13,636 bases of DNA from a bacterium (GTDB taxonomy: Bacteria; Zhuqueibacterota; Zhuqueibacteria; Oceanimicrobiales; Oceanimicrobiaceae). Each line of letters opens with the position of its first letter. Position 1 is the first letter of the stretch. Shown piece after piece: positions 8,761-13,636 of this stretch. The notes beneath the pieces were generated by a model. It was not told where the DNA came from. It was given only the letters and a program-made list of their open reading frames with translations, and did no database searches. The stretch lies in assembly GCA_046757025.1 (NCBI GenBank), contig JBHHXN010000142.1:1-13636 (forward strand). Reading direction: 5' to 3'. The position numbers and the translations under genes were made by a program.

Positions 8761-11250
8761 TCACTTGATAAAGATCATCTTTTTTCTGGCTTGCAGTTGG
8801 CCAATGGTAAGCTGATAAAAATAAACACCGCTGCTGACAATCTCACCCGCGTCATCGCTTCCGTTCCAAACGACGCTGTGCCGGCCTGGCGGCAGAGCAA
8901 AATCTACCAGCGTGCGCACAATTTGTCCCTGCAAATTGAAAACCCGCAGCACCACTTTCTGATTCGCCTCAACCGAAACTGGCACCTGGTAATTGATCAC
9001 CGTTTCTGGATTGAAGGGATTGGGGTAATTTTGTGCCAGGTTAAAATCCACTGGCCGCAAAAAATCCCTTTTTAATCTTTCCACTCCGACGGTGTTTGGG
9101 CGACCGCTGGTGAGGATGTCTTCCACATACAATCGGCCCGAATTTTGACGGTTTCCTGTGAGCTGGATGCCGATGAGCTGAATTTGTTCGGCATCGAGCT
9201 GGCCGTTCCCGTTCTCGCCGGGCTGCAGAGCCGATTGCGACAAATCGAATCGCAGCATTTGCCAGCCAGACCATTCGATTACCTGCCAGGGGAGTGCTTC
9301 GACTCCGTCCAAATCCCGCAAAATCAAACGGATTTGATTGCCGCTGTTGTCTCCATACAGGTAGAATCCCAGCTCATCAACTTTGGTGAGATCGATGTCC
9401 GGCGTGGTAATGGCATTCACTTGCAGGCGGCCGTCGGGTCCCGAAAACTGGTAACTCAGCTCCCCGCTTTGAAGGCCGGAAATGGGTTTTTGCTGAGCGC
9501 TCTGGAACCAGGTATTTTCCGGCACGGTATTTTGTGTAAACGGCGAATCGTCCGGATCGCTCCAGGAGAAAGCGCTTTCAAAATCGTCTATGAAATCGAT
9601 CTGCACGCTCGCCCGGGAGGTGGTGAATTGCCGCTGGAGATTCATTTGCATTTCTTCACCGTCCCGCAGACCCAGCCCACGCAGGAATGTGAGAAAGTAG
9701 CGCTGTCCCGATTCCAGCGGTTGTTGGGGAACAAACGTCAGTCGGCGGCTGCCGTCGTCCACGTAATCCAGACTTAACGCCACCGCGGCCCCACCGGTGC
9801 GGGTAATTTTTATGTTGTCTGCGGAGATCGTATTGAGATCCAGCTCTTTATTAAATTCTGCCCAAAAGACGTCCCGGATGAAAACCGAGGTGTCACGCTG
9901 TACGGGGAAGAAGTCCATCACCGCAGGCCGGTTGGTGTCCAGCTCAGCCGTCGTAAACGAAAAGCTAAAATCGTCGCCGCCCACGCCGTCTGCGTTGCCG
10001 TCCAGAGGGCGTCCGGAAGCATCGGTGGCGGAGCCGAGGAGTCGTGCCTGGTATTCGGTACTGAATTCAAACCGTGTGTCCGGCTCAAACAACATAATAT
10101 CGTCGTTGGCTCCCCAGATGAAATGGCCGGTGGCAGCGGGAACGGTGCGGAACGCTACTTCCACGCTCCGGCGCGCCATCTTTCTGTTGAAGCGAAAGCC
10201 GATTTGGTTGTACACGCCGAAGTTTTGAGTTTGGGCAGAAGGGAGCGTGGCGGTGACAATGGGTGGAACGGCCAGGGTCAGAGAAAAATCGGCAAATGCG
10301 AAATCGTGGGCGCGCACCTGCACCATCTTGGTCAGGGTGTCGAATTCGGCGGCGCTCACCGTGAGCTGGTATGTGCCCGGTTCCAGGTCGTGAAATACGA
10401 ACAATCCGTTGTCGTGGTTGTCGGTGGTGTATTTTGCGTTGCCAGGATTCAGGGTAATTTGCGCGCCGTTGATGGGCGCCTCTGTTTCGGCGTCGCTGAC
10501 GATACCAGACAATGCACCGGTGGGCATTTTGCCGGCGTCGTAAAAATCCAGAATGGCCATGTACAGCGCCCGGGCTTCCAATTTCAGGAAATCTGGATTG
10601 CGCAGTTTTCTCTCTTCCACCGCATGGTCGTGAAAAGTGCCTTCCGAAAGCTCGCCAGGCATTTGCAAGTTGTTCAGCACGCCGAGGCTGAAGCCGCCAT
10701 TGCAGCCGCCGTAAAACGTCCAATCGAGACTCACCCGGGTGGAAGAGGTACGCAGCGCTTTGAAAATGGCGTTAGCCATGAATTGGCTCATGACGTCCGA
10801 TTGTCCAGGCCATTCCGGTTGACCGGTGCCTCTTCGCCTGCCATCGGGACAGGGATTGGTTGAAGTTCGTTCTTCTTCCAGCAAGACAAGGGTAAACCGG
10901 CTGCGGCCATTAAAAGCGTTGTGATGCACTGAATGAAACCAATCCGTGCCAAAATTGTTGGCGATGGCTTCTCGTTGGCTCAAGGAGGGATTGGTGGAAT
11001 CGTCCACCCGCGTGAGCAGAACCGTGTCGATGTTGGCGCTTTTGAGAAACTGTTTCAAAAACAGTGAAATCGTCATGTTGATATCGGCTTCTCGCAAGCC
11101 GGTGGGGCCTTGATTTCGATTGCCGCTGCCATGTCCGGGATCGATGCATAAGCTCAGGCCGGAGAGAGCCTGCGCAAAGGACGAGGATGGTACAGCGGAG
11201 GTCGCGAGCAGTACCTGAATGAGCAGAATAATGCGGAATGTCTGTTTCAT
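8761..11250 (-). CDS. Secreted multidomain N-acetylmuramoyl-L-alanine amidase (Amidase_3, carboxypeptidase-regulatory-like domain, two Big_5-like Ig domains, possible carbohydrate-binding domain, T9SS/FlgD tail)
   Basis: 829 aa ORF with a signal peptide. Amidase_3 motifs IDPGHG, EADIN, LTR…SLSQR…AN, HSVHHN and LSEGTF. 'LSGIVSDAETEAPINGAQITL…GTYQLTVSA' domain. Two Ig-like repeats (…FNRKM…, …FNKELD…). C-terminus LAQNYPNPFNP…MIFIK. Confidence 0.9.
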   Translation of the reverse strand: MKQTFRIILLIQVLLATSAVPSSSFAQALSGLSLCIDPGHGSGNRNQGPTGLREADINMTISLFLKQFLKSANIDTVLLTRVDDSTNPSLSQREAIANNFGTDWFHSVHHNAFNGRSRFTLVLLEEERTSTNPCPDGRRRGTGQPEWPGQSDVMSQFMANAIFKALRTSSTRVSLDWTFYGGCNGGFSLGVLNNLQMPGELSEGTFHDHAVEERKLRNPDFLKLEARALYMAILDFYDAGKMPTGALSGIVSDAETEAPINGAQITLNPGNAKYTTDNHDNGLFVFHDLEPGTYQLTVSAAEFDTLTKMVQVRAHDFAFADFSLTLAVPPIVTATLPSAQTQNFGVYNQIGFRFNRKMARRSVEVAFRTVPAATGHFIWGANDDIMLFEPDTRFEFSTEYQARLLGSATDASGRPLDGNADGVGGDDFSFSFTTAELDTNRPAVMDFFPVQRDTSVFIRDVFWAEFNKELDLNTISADNIKITRTGGAAVALSLDYVDDGSRRLTFVPQQPLESGQRYFLTFLRGLGLRDGEEMQMNLQRQFTTSRASVQIDFIDDFESAFSWSDPDDSPFTQNTVPENTWFQSAQQKPISGLQSGELSYQFSGPDGRLQVNAITTPDIDLTKVDELGFYLYGDNSGNQIRLILRDLDGVEALPWQVIEWSGWQMLRFDLSQSALQPGENGNGQLDAEQIQLIGIQLTGNRQNSGRLYVEDILTSGRPNTVGVERLKRDFLRPVDFNLAQNYPNPFNPETVINYQVPVSVEANQKVVLRVFNLQGQIVRTLVDFALPPGRHSVVWNGSDDAGEIVSSGVYFYQLTIGQLQARKKMIFIK

Positions 11251-11302
11251 ATTCTATCCAATACGGCTTTCTTAGCATAAATTGATTTGATGACACCTGG
11301 TG

Positions 11303-11332
11303 AATATATTAAAACTCGCCCTAATTTGTCAA
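11303..11332 (-). promoter_or_regulatory. Putative sigma70-type promoter for the amidase gene
   Basis: Minus strand TTGACA (11332-11327), an 18-nt spacer, then TATATT (11308-11303), about 50 nt upstream of the ATG at 11250. Confidence 0.55.
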
Positions 11333-11341
11333 CTTTAACAT

Positions 11342-11387
11342 TTGTAATTGTGAAAAATAGTTGTAATTTATTATTAAATTTGTAATT
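11342..11387. promoter_or_regulatory. Three direct repeats of TTGTAATT with a 19-bp period; candidate operator
   Basis: Exact TTGTAATT at 11342, 11361 and 11380, in the divergent amidase/kinase intergenic region. Confidence 0.5.
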
Positions 11388-11457
11388 TAGTATGACTCAA
11401 TCCCAATTGTTCGCTTAAACTCGATTCTCCAAATTCATTTGTTTTAAAACATAAGTA

Positions 11458-11651
11458 CATGCGTGTCCGAATTAAAAATACAGTACTAGACATAAGCTCC
11501 TGGAAATAATGCAATAGAGATATGGTTTTGCAACTGAAGACTTGAATTAATATTTCTGCGAAAACACCCCCCTATTTCCCCCCTTGAGGGGGGATTAAGG
11601 GGGGTGTCCTGCACAAAATCTCATAAAAATGAGTTAAACCGGACACTCATG
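11458..11651. mobile_element. Degenerate composite MITE-like element: GTGTCC-type TIR shell with a poly-C/poly-G hairpin core
   Basis: CATGCGTGTCCGAATTAA (11458-11475) matches the reverse complement of TTAAACCGGACACTCATG (11634-11651) at 15/18. Core hairpin 11564-11607: ACACCCCCCT-att-TCCCCCCT-tg-AGGGGGGA-tta-AGGGGGGTGT. Confidence 0.6.
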
Positions 11652-11688
11652 ACCAAAGTAATTAAACAATTTTTTATCGAATACGAAC

Positions 11689-12639
11689 ATGTATTATCTT
11701 GGTATCGATGGCGGCGGTTCAAAGACTTCAGGCATTCTTTGCGACGCCAAAGGAAAAATGCTCAAAACGCTGACAAAAGGCGCCGGCAACATCGCGGTGC
11801 TGGCAGAGAAGCAGGTCGTGCAGCTTTTAAATGAAATGGTATTTGAATTGCTCGAGGAAATCCAGGTCGAGCAAATTAAATGGGCGACGTGTGGATTTGC
11901 GGGCGCGGGCCGGGAAAAAGAAAAGAATCTTGTCGGGCAAATCATTCGTGAAATCGGTATTCGTAATTTTACCCTGATGACCGATGCCGAGCTTTTGTAC
12001 TATGCCATCCACGGCGAAAAACAGGGCTTGCTCATAGCCTCCGGAACGGGCTCGGTTTGTTTGATAAAAAATAAAAATCATGAGTTTGAACAGCTTGGCG
12101 GTTGGGGGTACCTGCTCGGTGACGAAGGAAGCGGTTACGACATCGGACGCAACGCCGTCCGAAACGCGTTGCGAGAGCAGGAGATGGGCCGGCCGTTATC
12201 GAAATTAACCCATGCGCTGCTCACTCATTGCGACGTGGACACCCCCCGGGCTCTGATGTCCATGATCTATGCCGCCGACAATCCGCAAAATCTGCTGGCC
12301 TCGTTTGCGCAAATCGTCGGTGACCAGGCGCTGCAGGAAGAGCCCAACGCGCTGCGAATCGTGGATGCAGCAGCTAAAAATCTCGTGGAACTTGCTTTGA
12401 CCAGTTTGGAGCGCATGGAATCAGAGCCGCCACACCGCATAGCCCTTTCCGGTGGCGTTTTAAACGAGCCTTCTGTGTTCAGCAGTAAATTCAAACGAAA
12501 AGCTCAGCAGCTTAATCTGGATTTTCATTATTTTACACAGGAAATGCCGCCTGCTGCTGCAGGTATTTTGTATTCACTGCATAAAGCGGGAGAAATGATT
12601 TCGGAATCGCTGTTCAAAAAATTGCGCAGCCTTAAATAG
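11689..12639 (+). CDS. BadF/BadG/BcrA/BcrD-family sugar kinase (N-acetylglucosamine/N-acetylmuramic acid kinase-like)
   Basis: 316 aa ORF with motifs LGIDGGGSKT, GFAGAG, TDA, IASGTGS, GGWGYLLGDEGSGYDIG and LSGGV. Substrate is inferred from the family and gene context. No strong RBS. Confidence 0.88.
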   Translation: MYYLGIDGGGSKTSGILCDAKGKMLKTLTKGAGNIAVLAEKQVVQLLNEMVFELLEEIQVEQIKWATCGFAGAGREKEKNLVGQIIREIGIRNFTLMTDAELLYYAIHGEKQGLLIASGTGSVCLIKNKNHEFEQLGGWGYLLGDEGSGYDIGRNAVRNALREQEMGRPLSKLTHALLTHCDVDTPRALMSMIYAADNPQNLLASFAQIVGDQALQEEPNALRIVDAAAKNLVELALTSLERMESEPPHRIALSGGVLNEPSVFSSKFKRKAQQLNLDFHYFTQEMPPAAAGILYSLHKAGEMISESLFKKLRSLK

Positions 12640-12787
12640 TGTCCATCCGTAAAGAACCTTTTTTTGTCATTCCAGCAATCTTTAAGCGGGAATCCATTGG
12701 TCCGTTAGGCATGAGATTCCCGATGAGCTTGTCCCTGCATGTTTTAAGCAGGGAGCACTCGGGAATGACGATGACGGATGGACACTA
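12637..12787. mobile_element. Composite MITE-like element: GTGTCC-type TIR shell with a GTCATTCC…GGAATGAC core
   Basis: Perfect 14-bp TIR TAGTGTCCATCCGT (12637-12650) / ACGGATGGACACTA (12774-12787), with TA at both ends. Core 12666-12769 contains ATTCC…GGGAAT hairpins. Confidence 0.8.
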
Positions 12788-12978
12788 AATAATCTGTTTA
12801 TAAGACGAAACGGCTGCGTGATATTTGAGCAACTGCTGAGTGCAAGGTTAAAAGCCTGTGTGAAAAGTTTGGTTGAGACGTTTTTAACTTAAAACCAGGT
12901 AGATCTCAGCCTCCAAAAACGACTAAGAGTAAGCTGGAAGAATCTTTTTAATAAACAGCGCTTTACGTACAATAAAAA

Positions 12979-13148
12979 GTAAATGTTCAGTGAAGTAGCC
13001 AACTTTTACAAGTCATGGCGAGTCCCGCGTTTTGTGCGGGACGAAGCAATCTCCTGTAAAATTGGGTATAAGTCGTGGATACGTAAAAGATTGCTTCGTC
13101 GCTCCACTCCTCGCAATGACTTTATTGGGTAGATCACTGAACAATTAC
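12979..13148. mobile_element. Composite MITE-like element: GTAA(A/T)TGTTCAG-type TIR shell with a GTCATTGCGAG-type core
   Basis: GTAAATGTTCAGTGA (12979-12993) / TCACTGAACAATTAC (13134-13148) match at 14/15 as an inverted repeat. Core 13012-13120: GTCATGGCGAG…GACGAAGCAATCT…AGATTGCTTCGTC…CTCGCAATGAC. Confidence 0.78.
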
Positions 13149-13295
13149 AATCAAAAAAGATCCTCCTGTAAGGAGGAGAATTTCAAAGACCCTTGAGTTT
13201 GACTTTTTACACAATCTGAAAATTCACGTCTTTTGTTTTTATTAGGCAGGTAAAAACTTGACCAACCACTTTTATAAATAGCAAGGGAGAATTTC

Positions 13296-13636
13296 ATGAA
13301 AAAAGTCGTGTTGACTCTGCTGCCGCTATTGATCCTGAATTGTGCTGGTACGCGTCCATCTCAAAGTACAAATTGGGTAGCTCTACAGCTCGCTTCTATG
13401 AGCGTAGAAGAGAAAGTCGGGCAGATGATGGTGCCGTCCTATGTTCCGCATTTTTACAACTCGGAAGACGAGCAATTTAAACGATTGCTGGATCTGGTTA
13501 AAAACTACCACGTGGGCGGGGTGATGTTTTTTCGCGGCATGCCGTATGAAGTGGCTCGCTCCATTCAGCGGCTGCAGGCTGAAGCCGAGCTGCCGCTGCT
13601 TGTGATGGCGGACGTGGAGTGGGGCTTGCCCATGCG
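13296..13636 (+). CDS. GH3 glycoside hydrolase, beta-N-acetylglucosaminidase (NagZ-like), probable lipoprotein; 3'-truncated by the window
   Basis: Not in the ORF track; translated manually. AGGGAG RBS, then MKKVVLTLLPLLILNC(16)AG…MSVEEKVGQMM…YHVGGVMFF…LQAEAELPLLVMADVEWGLPM. This matches the GH3 N-terminal motifs (EEKxGQ, VGGV, PLLxxxDxExG). The catalytic region lies outside the window. Confidence 0.85.
   Translation, partial: MKKVVLTLLPLLILNCAGTRPSQSTNWVALQLASMSVEEKVGQMMVPSYVPHFYNSEDEQFKRLLDLVKNYHVGGVMFFRGMPYEVARSIQRLQAEAELPLLVMADVEWGLPM

Noticed and set aside
9145..10863. Long alternative-frame and antisense ORFs (210, 143, 212 and 246 aa) over the amidase
   Set aside because: Shadow ORFs of a GC-rich, well-supported gene, with no recognisable domains. 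The same applies to the other short ORFs nested in the main CDSs.
3490..13120. Dispersed repeats considered as a CRISPR array or tRNA/riboswitch
   Set aside because: Copies are kilobases apart with no regular repeat-spacer period and no cas genes. I recognised no tRNA or riboswitch consensus.
13161..13177. TCCTCCT-gta-AGGAGGA hairpin containing an RBS-like AGGAGG
   Set aside because: Only a 7-bp stem, about 120 nt from the GH3 start, with no suitably spaced start codon; possibly a repeat relic.

Overview
Bacterial window, probably FCB-related (KSB1/Calditrichota/Ignavibacteria-like). This is inferred from five proteins ending in a 'L.QNYPNPFNP.T.I...SGVY...K.M.L.K' T9SS-type/FlgD-Ig C-terminal domain. 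Left part: four co-oriented, acidic, signal-peptide-bearing secreted proteins (two paralogous FG-GAP/DxDxDG repeat proteins and two probable beta-propellers). They converge on a TolB-like PD40 propeller gene that lies downstream of a multidomain secreted Amidase_3 N-acetylmuramoyl-L-alanine amidase. Divergent from the amidase are a BadF/BadG-type (GlcNAc/MurNAc-like) sugar kinase and the 5' end of a GH3 NagZ-like lipoprotein that the ORF track missed. Together these suggest a peptidoglycan foraging/recycling locus. The most unusual signal is non-coding: most intergenic gaps hold composite elements in which an outer terminal-inverted-repeat 'shell' (at least 3 families) encloses an inner palindromic REP-like 'core' (4 families). 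Shells and cores are mixed combinatorially, and one element may be nested three deep. No transposase, tRNA, rRNA or CRISPR array was seen. All calls come from reading the sequence by eye; no searches were run.
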